A stretch of DNA of 64,000 nt from an uncultured Candidatus Peribacteria bacterium (GTDB taxonomy: Bacteria > Patescibacteriota > Gracilibacteria > UBA1369 > GWF2-33-10). The translations under genes and the position numbers were made by a program. Positions 42,551 to 53,154 of the stretch are shown piece after piece (position 1 is the stretch's first letter; each line of letters begins with the position of its first letter). A model generated the notes under the pieces. The model was not told the origin of the DNA, ran no database searches, and was given only the letters and a program-made list of their open reading frames with translations. Location of the stretch: positions 24,191 through 88,190 of the forward strand of contig CAZEDK010000001.1 of the NCBI GenBank assembly GCA_964511025.1, given 5' to 3'.

Positions 42551-43594
42551 GTGGCAACATACGCAGAAGCTGGCGTTGATATTGAAAAAGGCGACAAATG
42601 TTCAGCCCTTGCTTATGCTGCCGCGAAAAGAACTTTTGCAGGTCGCGAAGGTAAAATTGGATCTGGAGTTGTAATCGAAGGTGGCTTTACCGGAATGATG
42701 GATTTTGGTGATTTTTATATTGTTCAGAATTGTGACGGAGTTGGCACAAAGACTCTGGTTGCAAAAATGATGAACAAATATGATACACTTGGTTATGATC
42801 TGCTGGCAATGGTTGCAGATGACATGATTGTAGTTGGAGCTGAATGTATTTCCATTACAAATACTATCGACATATATCCGGCTGATGAAAATGCTATTTG
42901 CGAATCAATGAAAGGCCTTGAAAAAGCATGTTTAGAAGAAAAAATTGTAATTCCTGGCGGAGAAATTGCAGAACTCAGCGGGATTATTGAGAAAGGCGCT
43001 TTTAGCTGGAATACTGATGGAATTGGAATTTTGGAAAAAGATAAATATATTGATACAAAAGATATTAAACCTGGAGATCTTGTGATTGGACTTGAAAGTA
43101 GCGGTATACATTCAAATGGCTTAAGTTTAGCTAGATATGTGTTGAGAGAAAAATATGGAGAAAATTGGGCAAAAGAAGATTTTGGGAATGGAAAATTCTG
43201 GGGAGAAGTTATCCTTACGCCAACAAAAATTTATCACAGAGCTATTCTTGGTCTTACTGGAGAATACAAAGAAGCAAGAAAAGTGGAAATAAAAGGCATT
43301 TGTCATATAACAGGAGGTGGAATACCTGGCAATTTACCAAGAATTCTAAAAGCAACAGGATTCGGTGCAAATCTAGATAACTTAATAGAACCGCAAGAAG
43401 AGTTTAAAAAATTAATAGAAATCGGCAAGGTATCGCGAGCTGAAGCTTATAAAACCTGGAATATGGGAATAGGTATGGTGCTTGTTATAGATCCAAAAGA
43501 TGAAGAACTGGTAAAACATCATTTTATGACAAAAAACATCAAAGCTCAAAAAATTGGCGTAATTACAAAGAAAGAAGGGATTTTTATTAATTAA
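42551..43594 (+). CDS. purM: Phosphoribosylformylglycinamidine cyclo-ligase PurM
   Basis: YAEAGVDIEKGD, CDGVGTK, DDMIVVGAE and SSGIHSNGLSLAR. GTG start. Confidence 0.93.
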   Translation: MATYAEAGVDIEKGDKCSALAYAAAKRTFAGREGKIGSGVVIEGGFTGMMDFGDFYIVQNCDGVGTKTLVAKMMNKYDTLGYDLLAMVADDMIVVGAECISITNTIDIYPADENAICESMKGLEKACLEEKIVIPGGEIAELSGIIEKGAFSWNTDGIGILEKDKYIDTKDIKPGDLVIGLESSGIHSNGLSLARYVLREKYGENWAKEDFGNGKFWGEVILTPTKIYHRAILGLTGEYKEARKVEIKGICHITGGGIPGNLPRILKATGFGANLDNLIEPQEEFKKLIEIGKVSRAEAYKTWNMGIGMVLVIDPKDEELVKHHFMTKNIKAQKIGVITKKEGIFIN

Positions 43595-43639
43595 AATAAC
43601 ATAAGATAATTTCTTAATTTTTTACTTTTACATATAACA

Positions 43640-45406
43640 ATGAAAAATCCAAACAAAAATACTCACCCAATAAATGAAGGATTTGCAAATATTCACAAGA
43701 GAGGAAGTCGGATCGTTGCTGAAGGATATCACATGCTCCCAGCAGCTTCTCTCATGATAGCTGCAGGAGTTTTAAACAAAATTTCAGACAGGAAAAATCC
43801 ATTTATTACAGTAATCAACTCATTTACAACCCAAATTCCGGGCCATGCTCACCTTGATCAACTTGGGGATTTACTTGTCAAAGAATTAAAAGCAAAAGGT
43901 TATAATGTTTGGTATGCAAATGTGGGAGGATGTGTTGACGATGGAATTGCAATGGGACATTTTGGAATGAAATACTCACTTGCTTCACGTGAACTTATAA
44001 CGGATCAAATAGAAACAATTGTTGGAGCTCATCCTTGTGATGCTTGGATTGGGATTGGAAATTGCGATAAAATTGTACCGGGAATGCTCAATGCGATGGT
44101 AAGATTAAATATACCTTCTCTATATATCAGCGGTGGACCTATGCTTGCCGGTAAAAATAAATCTGATTTGATAACAGTATTTGAGGGAGTTGGAAAACAA
44201 TCTGCTGGCAAAATGAGTGAAGAAGATCTTACAAAATTAGCTGAAACATCGTGCAAAACCTGTGGAAGTTGTGCCGGAATGTTCACCGCAAATTCTATGA
44301 ATTGTCTTGCAGAGGTGATAGGACTTGCTTTGCCAGGCAACGGTTCTATCCCAGCAGCTAGATGGACAGACACAGAAAATCAAAAATGGGAAATAAATCC
44401 GGAAAGATTAGAATTATTTAAAAAAGCTGCACATACAATCAAATATATTTTAGAAAATGATATCAGACCTAGAGATATAGTTACAAAAGACTCCATCAAT
44501 AATGCTTTTATACTTGATGTAGCAATGGGAGGATCTACCAATACTGTACTTCATACTCTAGCTCTCGCACATGAAGCTGGAATCAATTACAACTTAGAAG
44601 AAATTAACAAAATTGCAGACAAAACTCCAAATATCTGCAAAGTTTCTCCATCAAGACCTGATGTACATGTCGAAGATGTTCATAGATGCGGTGGAATACC
44701 AGCATTGCTAAAAGCAATTTATGAAGATGGCCGTTCAACTTTAAATTTAAATCTTCCTACAGTTTATGGGACTCTTCACGATATCGTTATGAAAGCCCCA
44801 AAAGCAGATGGTGATGTAATAAGAGTTGGAAAAAATGCTTTTTCGCAAGTTGGAGGACTGGCAATCTTGTATGGGAATATTGCTCCACATGGTGCAGTTG
44901 TAAAAACAGCAGGAGTTGATCAAGATATGATGAATTTCAGAGGAAAAGCAAAAGTATATGAATCCCAAGAAGAATCTCTAAAAGGAATCCTTGATGGAGA
45001 AGTTTTGGATGGAGACATCGTTGTAATTCGCTTTGAAGGTCCAAAAGGGGGTCCCGGCATGCAAGAAATGCTATCCCCTACTTCGGCGTTAAAAGGTCGA
45101 GGAACTAGAGCCGCATTGATTACAGATGGAAGATTCTCGGGCGGAACAAGAGGACTTTGTATCGGACATATTTCACCGGAAGCAGCTGCGGGCGGACCTA
45201 TAGCAATTATACAAAATGGAGATATTATTGAAATTGATACCGAAAAAAGAACTATAAATTTAGATTTATCAGATGAAGAAATTGCGAGAAGACAGGAAAA
45301 TGTAAAACCATTTGAACCCAAAGTGAAAAAAGGCTGGCTTGGAAGATACAGTCAACATGTATTGAGTGCAAATTATGGCGCATGTATGGATAATGTGCTT
45401 GAATAA
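43640..45406 (+). CDS. ilvD: Dihydroxy-acid dehydratase (IlvD/Edd family)
   Basis: [35 protein letters not shown] and [12 protein letters not shown]. Confidence 0.92.
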   Translation: MKNPNKNTHPINEGFANIHKRGSRIVAEGYHMLPAASLMIAAGVLNKISDRKNPFITVINSFTTQIPGHAHLDQLGDLLVKELKAKGYNVWYANVGGCVDDGIAMGHFGMKYSLASRELITDQIETIVGAHPCDAWIGIGNCDKIVPGMLNAMVRLNIPSLYISGGPMLAGKNKSDLITVFEGVGKQSAGKMSEEDLTKLAETSCKTCGSCAGMFTANSMNCLAEVIGLALPGNGSIPAARWTDTENQKWEINPERLELFKKAAHTIKYILENDIRPRDIVTKDSINNAFILDVAMGGSTNTVLHTLALAHEAGINYNLEEINKIADKTPNICKVSPSRPDVHVEDVHRCGGIPALLKAIYEDGRSTLNLNLPTVYGTLHDIVMKAPKADGDVIRVGKNAFSQVGGLAILYGNIAPHGAVVKTAGVDQDMMNFRGKAKVYESQEESLKGILDGEVLDGDIVVIRFEGPKGGPGMQEMLSPTSALKGRGTRAALITDGRFSGGTRGLCIGHISPEAAAGGPIAIIQNGDIIEIDTEKRTINLDLSDEEIARRQENVKPFEPKVKKGWLGRYSQHVLSANYGACMDNVLE

Positions 45407-45486
45407 TTTTACCAATTTTTTATTTTCGTTGAAGCAAAATTTTAGGATTGAATGGTATAAGGAGATAAAAATCTTTATACTTATTC

Positions 45487-46326
45487 ATGCAAAGTCAAAA
45501 ATCTCCTCAAATGCAAATAGCATTATTTCAAGATAAAAAGATTAGAAAAACGTTTCACAGCAATGAATGGTGGTTTGTTATTGAAGATGTAATCTTAGCC
45601 CTTATAGACTCAAATGATCCAAAACAATATATACAACGTATTAAGCAACGCGATTCAGAGCTAGCAAAAGGGTGGGTACAAATTGTACATACCCTTGAAA
45701 TCCAAACATCTGGCGGAAAACAAAAAATGCTTTGTGGCAATACAAAAGGCTTATTACGTATTATCCAATCCATACCATCACAAAAAGCAGAACCTTTTAA
45801 ACAATGGCTTGCAAAAGTCGGCTACGAAAGGATCAAAGAAATTGCAGACCCCGAACTTGCAATGAAAAGAACCAAAGATTTATACAAAGCAAAAGGTTAC
45901 AGCGAGGATTGGATAGAAAAAAGAATGCGAGGAATTGCAATAAGAGATGAGCTAACTCAAGAATGGAAAGAAAGAGGTGTAAAAGAAGGTATAGAATATG
46001 CAATTTTAACTTCAGAAATTTCAAAAGCCACTTTTGGAATTACTCCAAAAGAATATAAAAAATTAAAAAACCTAACAAACGAAAATCTTCGTGACCACAT
46101 GAATGACTTAGAATTAATTTTCAATATGCTTGGAGAAAAAGTAACAACAGAAATTTCCAAAAAAGAAAAACCAGATTCATTTGATGGCAACAAAAAAGTT
46201 GCAAAAAGAGGTGGTAATATAGCAGGCAATGCAAGAAAAGAAACTGAAAATGAGCTCAAAGAATCAATTGTTTCAAAAAATAATTATTTACAAAGTAAAA
46301 AAGTTGTCGAAAAAGAAAAAGATTGA
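45487..46326 (+). CDS. Bro-N domain protein (DinD/antirepressor-like)
   Basis: The N-terminal FQDKKIRKTFHSNEWWFVIEDVILAL … QSIPSQKAEPFKQWLAKV resembles the Bro-N DNA-binding domain. The C-terminal half is Lys/Glu-rich. Confidence 0.65.
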   Translation: MQSQKSPQMQIALFQDKKIRKTFHSNEWWFVIEDVILALIDSNDPKQYIQRIKQRDSELAKGWVQIVHTLEIQTSGGKQKMLCGNTKGLLRIIQSIPSQKAEPFKQWLAKVGYERIKEIADPELAMKRTKDLYKAKGYSEDWIEKRMRGIAIRDELTQEWKERGVKEGIEYAILTSEISKATFGITPKEYKKLKNLTNENLRDHMNDLELIFNMLGEKVTTEISKKEKPDSFDGNKKVAKRGGNIAGNARKETENELKESIVSKNNYLQSKKVVEKEKD

Positions 46327-46351
46327 GATGGTTGAATATAAATATTAGAAC

Positions 46352-46906
46352 ATGAAAACCATAATTATAATACACGGCACTAATGGATACCCTGAAGAAA
46401 ACTGGTTTCCATGGTTAAGAAATGAATTCAAAGCATATGGATACAAAACAATAATTCCACAATTTCCAACTCCAGATAATCAAGACCTGAAGCATTGGTG
46501 GAAAGTTTTTCAAAGGTACGAAAAATATTTAAATAAAGAAAGTGTAATAATAGGACATAGCTGTGGAGCAACATTTTTGCTTAGGGTACTTGAAAAAATT
46601 AAGGTTAAAATTAAAGTAACTGTTTTCGTTGCAGGCTCCATTGGCATTTTACCGGTAAAATATATGCATGTAGATGAAAAATTTATAAAAAATGGATTTG
46701 ATTGGAATAAAATTAGAAATTCAGCTGAAAATTTCATAGTATTTCACAGTGAGGATGATCCATATATTTGTATTGAGAACGGAGAAAAACTTGCTGAGAA
46801 TTTGGGAACAAAATTAATTAGATACAAAGATGCGGGACATTTTAACAGTAAGAGTGGATATATTGAGTTTGATGATTTGGCAAAGAAATTAAAACTTATT
46901 ATATAA
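46352..46906 (+). CDS. Small alpha/beta hydrolase (YdeN/RBBP9-like serine hydrolase)
   Basis: IIIIHGTNG, nucleophile elbow GHSCGA, and DAGHF near the C-terminus. 184 aa. Confidence 0.72.
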   Translation: MKTIIIIHGTNGYPEENWFPWLRNEFKAYGYKTIIPQFPTPDNQDLKHWWKVFQRYEKYLNKESVIIGHSCGATFLLRVLEKIKVKIKVTVFVAGSIGILPVKYMHVDEKFIKNGFDWNKIRNSAENFIVFHSEDDPYICIENGEKLAENLGTKLIRYKDAGHFNSKSGYIEFDDLAKKLKLII

Positions 46907-46950
46907 GGAGCCGTAACGAAATAACTTTCACATCTAAGGCGCATTAAGCA

Positions 46951-46979
46951 TTGTATTTATAAATACAAAATACTATAAT
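46951..46979 (+). promoter_or_regulatory. Promoter of the RelE-type TA module, overlapped by an 18-bp perfect palindrome
   Basis: TTGTAT (46951-46956), 17 nt, TATAAT (46974-46979). The palindrome TTGTATTTATAAATACAA spans 46951-46968. Confidence 0.5.
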
Positions 46980-47007
46980 ATCATATGATTATTTAATATT
47001 AAAATAT

Positions 47008-47235
47008 ATGAGCACTCTATCGGTTCCATTAACTCCGGAACTAGAAATAAAAATCAGCCAATTCATAAATCTAGGGATTGCTGTGAATAAAGCTGAATTT
47101 GCACGCAAAGCTATCGAAAAATATATAGAAAATCAAGCTGTAACAGAAGTCCTTAAAGCCGAACAAGAAGCGAATGAAGGTAAATTATTCAAAGGCGACT
47201 TAGATAAACTTGTTAAAAAACTAAATTTTGTATGA
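47008..47235 (+). CDS. Antitoxin of the RelE/ParE-type module
   Basis: 75 aa. Its stop overlaps the toxin start (ATGA). The N-terminal STLSVPLTPELE… looks like an RHH/Phd-type antitoxin. Confidence 0.65.
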   Translation: MSTLSVPLTPELEIKISQFINLGIAVNKAEFARKAIEKYIENQAVTEVLKAEQEANEGKLFKGDLDKLVKKLNFV

Positions 47236-47498
47236 TAGAAATTCTTTACACTCCAACTTTTATTAAAAGTTATTCAAAATTAGAAAAATACATTCAAGAA
47301 GAAACTAAAGAGAAAATAGAGCTTTTTAAAAATGCAACCAATCATAAATCGCTAACAGTTCATAAACTAAAAGGCAAATTAAAAGGCAGATACAGCTTTT
47401 CAATAAATTATAACCACAGAATAGTTTTCAAATATGGAGATAATAAAAATGAAGTATTTTTTTTGAATATAGGTGATCATAAGATATATGATATTTAA
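47232..47498 (+). CDS. RelE/ParE superfamily mRNA interferase toxin
   Basis: 88 aa. KLKGKLKGRYSFSINYNHRIVFKY…FFLNIGDHKIYD follows the RelE/ParE C-terminal pattern. Confidence 0.8.
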   Translation: MIEILYTPTFIKSYSKLEKYIQEETKEKIELFKNATNHKSLTVHKLKGKLKGRYSFSINYNHRIVFKYGDNKNEVFFLNIGDHKIYDI

Positions 47499-47745
47499 TA
47501 TTGAACATACTTGCAAAAAATGAAATTTAATCTTAACTTAAATATTAGCATCCAAATCTATTTATATAACATCATATATAATAAATCAAATTTCTTTCAA
47601 GATTAAAAAATTGATATTCAATCTCAGTAGTAGTAAACTAGAAGAGTTTTAATTCTTAATTTTTAACATATGGCTCAAGGTGAAATCAAAAAAGAGCAGA
47701 AAAAGAAAAAAATCGGAATAAAAGAAAGACAAGAAAGGAAAAAAG

Positions 47746-49512
47746 CTAAGAAGAAATAAATCCACCAACTTGAGTGTTCCACAGTTCGTAGTATAGACCT
47801 TTCTTATCAAGAAGAGTTTTGTGATTACCATCTTCTTTGATTTTTCCGTCTTCAATCACTATAATTCTGTCCATTCCCATAATCGTGGATAACCTATGCG
47901 CGATTACAATTGCTGTTTTATTTTCAAACAAAGCTTTGAGAGCTTTTTGAATCAATTTTTCAGACTTCGAATCAAGACTGCTTGTCGCTTCATCAAGAAT
48001 AATGATTGGAGCACTTTTCAAAATTGCACGCGCTATAGCAACTCTTTGCCTTTCACCACCAGAAAGCTTGATGCCCCTTTCTCCAACATAAGTATCATAT
48101 TTATATGGCAGTTTCTGTATAAATTCGTCAGCATAAGCAAGTTTGGACGCCTCAAACACCTCACGATCTGAAGCGTGTGGTTTCGCATAACGAATATTTT
48201 CCATAAGAGTTCTATGAAACAAAATCGGCTCTTGCGGAACCAAAGACAAATTAAATCTTAAACTTTCTTGTTTAACGTTTGCAATATCCTGATTGTCTAT
48301 TTTGATAGTACCCTTATTAATATCAAAAAATCGAAAAATAAGCTTAACAAGACTGGTTTTACCACCTCCTGAATGTCCTATTATAGCAACTTTTTCGCCG
48401 GCTTTAATTTTGAGAGAAAAATTTTTAAATACCTTTTGTGAATCGTTGTAAGAAAAATCAACATTATGAAAATCAATTTCACCTTTTGTGATTTTTAAAT
48501 CCTTTGCGCCTACTATATCCTTGATTTCATGTGGTTTATACAAAATCTCAATCATATCCTGGCTATCCGCCAGAGCCGCATAAATATCTTTTAAATTTCT
48601 ACCAAAATCCCAAAGACGCCCCATCAACTGAAACGAATAAGTCTGGATAAGAACTATATCACCAACCGTAAGTTTTCCTCCGTACCACAGCTTAACAGCG
48701 CAATACAAAATCAAAATTTCCAAAGCTACCATAAAAGCCGCCTGAACCGATTCGATTACGACACTAATATCCCACTCTTTTTTTGTTTTGATCTGATTTT
48801 CGAGCGAAACATCCTTGAATCCTTCGTGCTCAAGACATTGAGCAGAAAAAAGCTTAATATTTATATTATTTGTAATAGTATCAGCCAAAAAAGCACTAAC
48901 CTTCGTATCAGATTCGCTACGAGCAATGTCATACGGAAGTTTATAAAGCATAGCAAGATAATTTATCGCCATAAACAAAATCGCCCAAGTGCTAAAAATT
49001 AAACCGATACTATGATTAATTGTAAAAAGCACGATACTGGAAAAAATTATCCTCAGAAAAATAGGATAAAGCGCCCAATAATATTTATCAAAAATAGTTT
49101 CAAAACTTCTTACAAGCTTGGTAACTTTACGAACTAATGCTCCGGCAAAACTACTTGAGAAAAAGTTGTACGAATGTTTGTGAAGATAATCAAAACAATC
49201 ATCATAAATCTCACGCATAATAGTCGATTCAAAATATGTAATTGTAAAAGTAGCAACTCTATAAGAAGCCCAAACAAGAATTTGAAAAATCGCTATATGA
49301 AAAACGATATTAAGCAAATTTTTCACAACTTCGTCTGTAATAATAGCTCTATCAAGAGTGATAATGTCAAAAAAGTCTTTATAAAAAAACGGGACATAAA
49401 TCTCAAAAACCACAGCCAAAGTCATCGAAACAAAAAGCATGGCTAAGGCTTTCCATTTTTTAATGATAAATGAGAAAAAATATTTATAAGTTTGTTTTGT
49501 CGTTACTTGCAT
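47746..49512 (-). CDS. ABC exporter, fused permease and ATPase (MsbA/ABCB type)
   Basis: Six-TM N-terminal half. Walker A GHSGGGKTS, signature LSGGERQR, Walker B IIILDEATS. Confidence 0.92.
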   Translation of the reverse strand: MQVTTKQTYKYFFSFIIKKWKALAMLFVSMTLAVVFEIYVPFFYKDFFDIITLDRAIITDEVVKNLLNIVFHIAIFQILVWASYRVATFTITYFESTIMREIYDDCFDYLHKHSYNFFSSSFAGALVRKVTKLVRSFETIFDKYYWALYPIFLRIIFSSIVLFTINHSIGLIFSTWAILFMAINYLAMLYKLPYDIARSESDTKVSAFLADTITNNINIKLFSAQCLEHEGFKDVSLENQIKTKKEWDISVVIESVQAAFMVALEILILYCAVKLWYGGKLTVGDIVLIQTYSFQLMGRLWDFGRNLKDIYAALADSQDMIEILYKPHEIKDIVGAKDLKITKGEIDFHNVDFSYNDSQKVFKNFSLKIKAGEKVAIIGHSGGGKTSLVKLIFRFFDINKGTIKIDNQDIANVKQESLRFNLSLVPQEPILFHRTLMENIRYAKPHASDREVFEASKLAYADEFIQKLPYKYDTYVGERGIKLSGGERQRVAIARAILKSAPIIILDEATSSLDSKSEKLIQKALKALFENKTAIVIAHRLSTIMGMDRIIVIEDGKIKEDGNHKTLLDKKGLYYELWNTQVGGFISS

Positions 49513-49600
49513 AATAAAAAATATATTGCATTATATGATAACGTAATGATCACACAAAACGCAACAGTAAACATAATACGAAACAATGGAAAGAAAATCT

Positions 49601-49629
49601 TTGATTTTACATTACAAATGCATTATAAT
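49601..49629 (+). promoter_or_regulatory. Candidate promoter of dinJ-yafQ
   Basis: TTGATT (49601-49606), 17 nt, TATAAT (49624-49629). Confidence 0.45.
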
Positions 49630-49661
49630 TGTTATGTTTTTATACTTTATATGTTATTTAT

Positions 49662-49934
49662 ATGTCCAGTACCGTTTTACAACACCGCATAGAGAAAAAA
49701 CTAAAAGAAGAGGCTGAAAATATTCTTGGCATGCAGGGATTTAAGCCTTCTCAAGCAATTACTATTTTTTACACAGAGATTACCAGAGTCGGCGGATTCC
49801 CATTTATCCCATCAAAAATAGAAATTCCTAATAAACGATTAGCAAAAGCTATTAGAGAAGCCGAAAAAGGTATCGGCGTAGAAACATTTACGAGCAAAGA
49901 AAGCTTTTTTGAAAGTCTAAACAATCTTCAATGA
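49662..49934 (+). CDS. dinJ: RelB/DinJ family antitoxin
   Basis: From ATG 49662: MSSTVLQHRIEKKLKEEAENILGMQGFKPSQAITIFYTEI is typical of DinJ. Its stop overlaps the toxin start (ATGA). Confidence 0.85.
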   Translation: MSSTVLQHRIEKKLKEEAENILGMQGFKPSQAITIFYTEITRVGGFPFIPSKIEIPNKRLAKAIREAEKGIGVETFTSKESFFESLNNLQ

Positions 49935-50218
49935 GAAAGCCGGTACATACTAAAAATTTTAGGAAAGATTATTCTAAATTAGAAAAATCTGGCAATAAAA
50001 ATATGAATAAATTGAATAAAGTTCTTGGTGAATTAATTGACGGAAAACATTTAGATGTAAAATATAAAGATCATCCTTTGCATGCTGAATTTGAAGGATA
50101 TAGAGATTGTCATATCGAAGGCGATTGGGTATTGATTTATAAAATAGATAAAGATAACAATGACAATGAAATTATCATTTTTCATGCCACAGACAATCAT
50201 TCGAATTTATTTGATTAA
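49931..50218 (+). CDS. yafQ: YafQ family mRNA interferase toxin
   Basis: FRKDYSKLEKSG… YKDHPLHAEFEGYRDCHIEGDWVLIYKI… HATDNHSNLF matches the YafQ pattern. Confidence 0.88.
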   Translation: MRKPVHTKNFRKDYSKLEKSGNKNMNKLNKVLGELIDGKHLDVKYKDHPLHAEFEGYRDCHIEGDWVLIYKIDKDNNDNEIIIFHATDNHSNLFD

Positions 50219-51427
50219 TGTTTGAGATTTATCACGCGGTCTCACGCTCAGCACAATGACACCAGCAATCAAAGATATAGCAGCAATCATTAACATTGAA
50301 AACTGAACGCCAAAACTGTCTAGTGTGTAGCCAATAACTACACTCAACACAGCGAAACTAGCCCTTGAGATCAAGCTATCAAAAGAAAGAATAGTTGCTC
50401 TTTTTTCTGAACTTGAAATATGTATATTAATATAATCTCTCGTTAATGGAATATTGATACCAACGGCTATCATTTGGATAAATAAGAAAAGCAAAGCCAA
50501 CGGTGAACTAATTAATCCCATTCCTAAAAATGAAATAAATTCACAGACAATAAGTAAAATAATAATATATTTAAAAGCGACTATCTTTTCAATTTTGTGT
50601 GTTATCGAAGCAAACAAAGCTCCACCCAAACTAACAATCGTATCAACTATTCCAAACATAAATTGTGGCAAGAGCAAAAACATCAAAAACGGCTGCTGAA
50701 GAGAAATTAAATTCGCTCTTATAAGATTAAACATCAAAGCTGAATAAATAATGATCCAAAAAATATAGTTACTTTTAATAATTTCTTGAAAACTACAAAT
50801 TGCGTGTCTGAAATAAGAAAATAGATCTTTCTTTAAAATGTTTCCAGTATCTAGCGATGTCAAATTTGAATTCAAAATAGGTTCCTGAAATAAAACAGAA
50901 ATCACTGTACACAGTATCGCCATCAATAATGCAAACACATAAACATATTCAATATTAAAAAAATAAACTATCAAAGCCCCCACAGTACCACCTAAAGTAT
51001 TTCCAAGCAGATGCATACCATAAGACTTACCTTGTATTTTTTTAAATTTCGATTCTTCTTTCAAATTAAGCAGCGAATCATAAAGCAAAGCTGTTGTAGC
51101 TCCTGACGCGGTAGCTCGCGATAAAGAATAGAAGAACTCAGCAATCACGAATAAAACAAAGCTATGCGCAAAAAGAGAAGTTATCAAAGCTAATATTTTG
51201 ATTATTGAAGCCAAAATAATTGCAGTTTTCCTTCCCAACTTATCCGCCAAAACACCAGTTGGTATTTCAAAAAGTAAAAATGCAAAATAATAAATTCCTT
51301 GCGTCATGCCTATTTCAGAGAAAGTCAATCCCCTACTTTTCATGAACACAATATAAAACGGAACAAATGAAAAACTTAATCCGAAAAATAATTGAAACAG
51401 GTAGTATTTTAATACGTTTTTTTGCAA
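50207..51427 (-). CDS. MFS transporter
   Basis: 406 aa with about 12 predicted TM helices. GVLADKLGRK is the MFS loop 2-3 motif. TTG start. Confidence 0.85.
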   Translation of the reverse strand: MQKNVLKYYLFQLFFGLSFSFVPFYIVFMKSRGLTFSEIGMTQGIYYFAFLLFEIPTGVLADKLGRKTAIILASIIKILALITSLFAHSFVLFVIAEFFYSLSRATASGATTALLYDSLLNLKEESKFKKIQGKSYGMHLLGNTLGGTVGALIVYFFNIEYVYVFALLMAILCTVISVLFQEPILNSNLTSLDTGNILKKDLFSYFRHAICSFQEIIKSNYIFWIIIYSALMFNLIRANLISLQQPFLMFLLLPQFMFGIVDTIVSLGGALFASITHKIEKIVAFKYIIILLIVCEFISFLGMGLISSPLALLFLFIQMIAVGINIPLTRDYINIHISSSEKRATILSFDSLISRASFAVLSVVIGYTLDSFGVQFSMLMIAAISLIAGVIVLSVRPRDKSQTLIK

Positions 51428-51455
51428 AATGTTCTCTATTTAAAATCCATTCCGA

Positions 51456-52187
51456 CTATTTTTTCAATTCCTCTTCAATAATTGTTTCAAATGCAGAGAA
51501 AGGTTGAGCGCCTACGATTTTCTTGCCATTAATATAAAAAGTTGGCGTTCCTGATACCCCTATTGACCTGCCATAAGTCATATCATCTGAAACTTCAGTT
51601 GCGTACTGACCTTCATCCAAGCATTTATTGAAATCCGCTGTTTCAAGACCTAAGTCAGACGCATAAGCTTTGAAGGTATCAGAAGCTGTTTCTTGACCGC
51701 TCCATTCTGTGGTTTTTGAAAAAAGCATATCGTGCATACTCCAATATGCATCCTGATCTCCTGCGCATTCAGCAGCTTGAGCGGCAATAGCAGCTTGAGC
51801 ATGTCCACCAAGCGGAAAATCTCTATAAACAAATTTTACTTTTCCTGTGTCTATATATTTTGATTTGATTTCCGTGTATGCATCGTTAAAAAATCTGCTA
51901 CAAAAAGGACATTGAAAATCACTAAATTCGACAATAGTAACAGGAGCGTCTTTTTCTCCAAGGACTGCATCGTCATCAAGATCGACATCTATAGGCTCAT
52001 TTGTTGGCGGATTTTGCGCTATATCATTTTGTTGATTTTGATTTCCTCGAATGTCTTGCACTTTATCATCATCACCACTAATTTTTCCTTCAAGCAAATC
52101 ATAACCTTGCGTAAGAACTATCCCAATAAAAATTCCAGCCAACAACATCGTTGCAATTTTCCACGGATCCTCTTTTGATTTAAACAT
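51456..52187 (-). CDS. DsbA-family thiol:disulfide oxidoreductase, membrane anchored
   Basis: TM anchor, FSDFQCPFCSRF (CxxC), and GTPTFYINGKK. The track starts at TTG 52253; the ATG at 52187 is preferred. Confidence 0.85.
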   Translation of the reverse strand: MFKSKEDPWKIATMLLAGIFIGIVLTQGYDLLEGKISGDDDKVQDIRGNQNQQNDIAQNPPTNEPIDVDLDDDAVLGEKDAPVTIVEFSDFQCPFCSRFFNDAYTEIKSKYIDTGKVKFVYRDFPLGGHAQAAIAAQAAECAGDQDAYWSMHDMLFSKTTEWSGQETASDTFKAYASDLGLETADFNKCLDEGQYATEVSDDMTYGRSIGVSGTPTFYINGKKIVGAQPFSAFETIIEEELKK

Positions 52188-52523
52188 TTTTGAAATTTTA
52201 GATTTTAAATGCGTGGTTAATAATAACTTTGAAAAGAAGCTTTTAGCAATCAAATTAAGATAAAGCTTGCAAAGTTTATTTGCTGTACAGAGAAAATTGT
52301 GATATAATTACAGGATTTATTTATTTTTTAATAAATTTAAAAAACCTTTGCAAGCAAATAGAAACCTACAAATATTAAAAAAATTTGACTTTTATTCAAT
52401 TGTCTTATAAATTGTTTGAGCGTCGTAGACAGTAGGTATGTTTTTACAAAGAAAACTATAAATCCTACCGAGACATAAACCAATTGGGAATATTTCAAAT
52501 ATTTCGTTAAAGGTGAGTCTTTC

Positions 52524-52553
52524 AAATCTACTTCGCACAAAGTAGATTTTTTT
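52524..52553 (+). promoter_or_regulatory. Terminator-like attenuator hairpin in the rplJ (L10) leader
   Basis: AAATCTACTT-cgcaca-AAGTAGATTT (10-bp stem) followed by TTTT, ending 10 nt before the rplJ ATG. Upstream there is an extended -10 TGATATAAT (52300-52308) and a TTGACT (52385-52390). Confidence 0.5.
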
Positions 52554-52563
52554 AATTAAATTT

Positions 52564-53082
52564 ATGGCTATAACCCGTCAAAAAAAGGTAGAAATTCTAA
52601 ATGAACTTATAGAAGATCTAAAAAATGCTAAGTCCGCAGCGTTTACACAATATGCCGGTAGTACTGTCGCGCAAATTACAAAACTTAGAAGACAAGGAAG
52701 GCAAGCAAATGTAAAAGTAGTAATTGCAAAAAAAACCCTTATTCAAAAAGCCGCCAAAGAAAATGGATACGAAACAATACCAGAGAATATTATGGATGGA
52801 CCTATAGCAATAGCTTTTAGTCCTGACGAAGTTACCGCAGCAAAAATCATCAAAGCTTATGCAAAAGAAGTAGAAACAGTAAGACTTGTGGGAGGTTTAA
52901 TGGATGGGAAAGTCTTAAATAGAAAGCAAATTATGACTTTTGCAGATCTTCCAAGCAGAGACGAATTGCTATCAATATTTGTAGGAATGATTCAAAGTCC
53001 GCTAAGAAATTTCGCTTCTGCAATTTCCAGCCCGCTCTCTTCCATAGCTAGAGCATTCAAAGCTTACGGAGAGACAAAGTAG
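52564..53082 (+). CDS. rplJ: 50S ribosomal protein L10
   Basis: 172 aa. KKVEILNELIEDLKNAKSAAFTQYAG is typical of L10. It lies upstream of rplL. Confidence 0.95.
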   Translation: MAITRQKKVEILNELIEDLKNAKSAAFTQYAGSTVAQITKLRRQGRQANVKVVIAKKTLIQKAAKENGYETIPENIMDGPIAIAFSPDEVTAAKIIKAYAKEVETVRLVGGLMDGKVLNRKQIMTFADLPSRDELLSIFVGMIQSPLRNFASAISSPLSSIARAFKAYGETK

Positions 53083-53154
53083 AGTACAAAGGAAAAAGTA
53101 CAAAGGATAAAAAAACTTTATCCTTTATCCCTTATCCTTTTATCTTAAATCAAA

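Noticed and set aside
47670-47759. 29-codon Lys-rich ORF (MAQGEIKKEQKKKKIGIKERQERKKAKKK) on the plus strand in the 247-bp gap before the ABC exporter stop.
   Set aside because: It is too short and low-complexity to call. It has no ribosome-binding signal, and it overlaps the convergent ABC transporter stop. It might be a real small basic protein, but the sequence alone cannot support that. The 68-aa minus-strand ORF at 47649-47855 is rejected for the same reasons.
52337-52540. 67-aa minus-strand ORF between dsbA and rplJ.
   Set aside because: It overlaps the rplJ leader and attenuator, is hydrophobic and low-complexity as expected from AT-rich DNA, and has no partner context.
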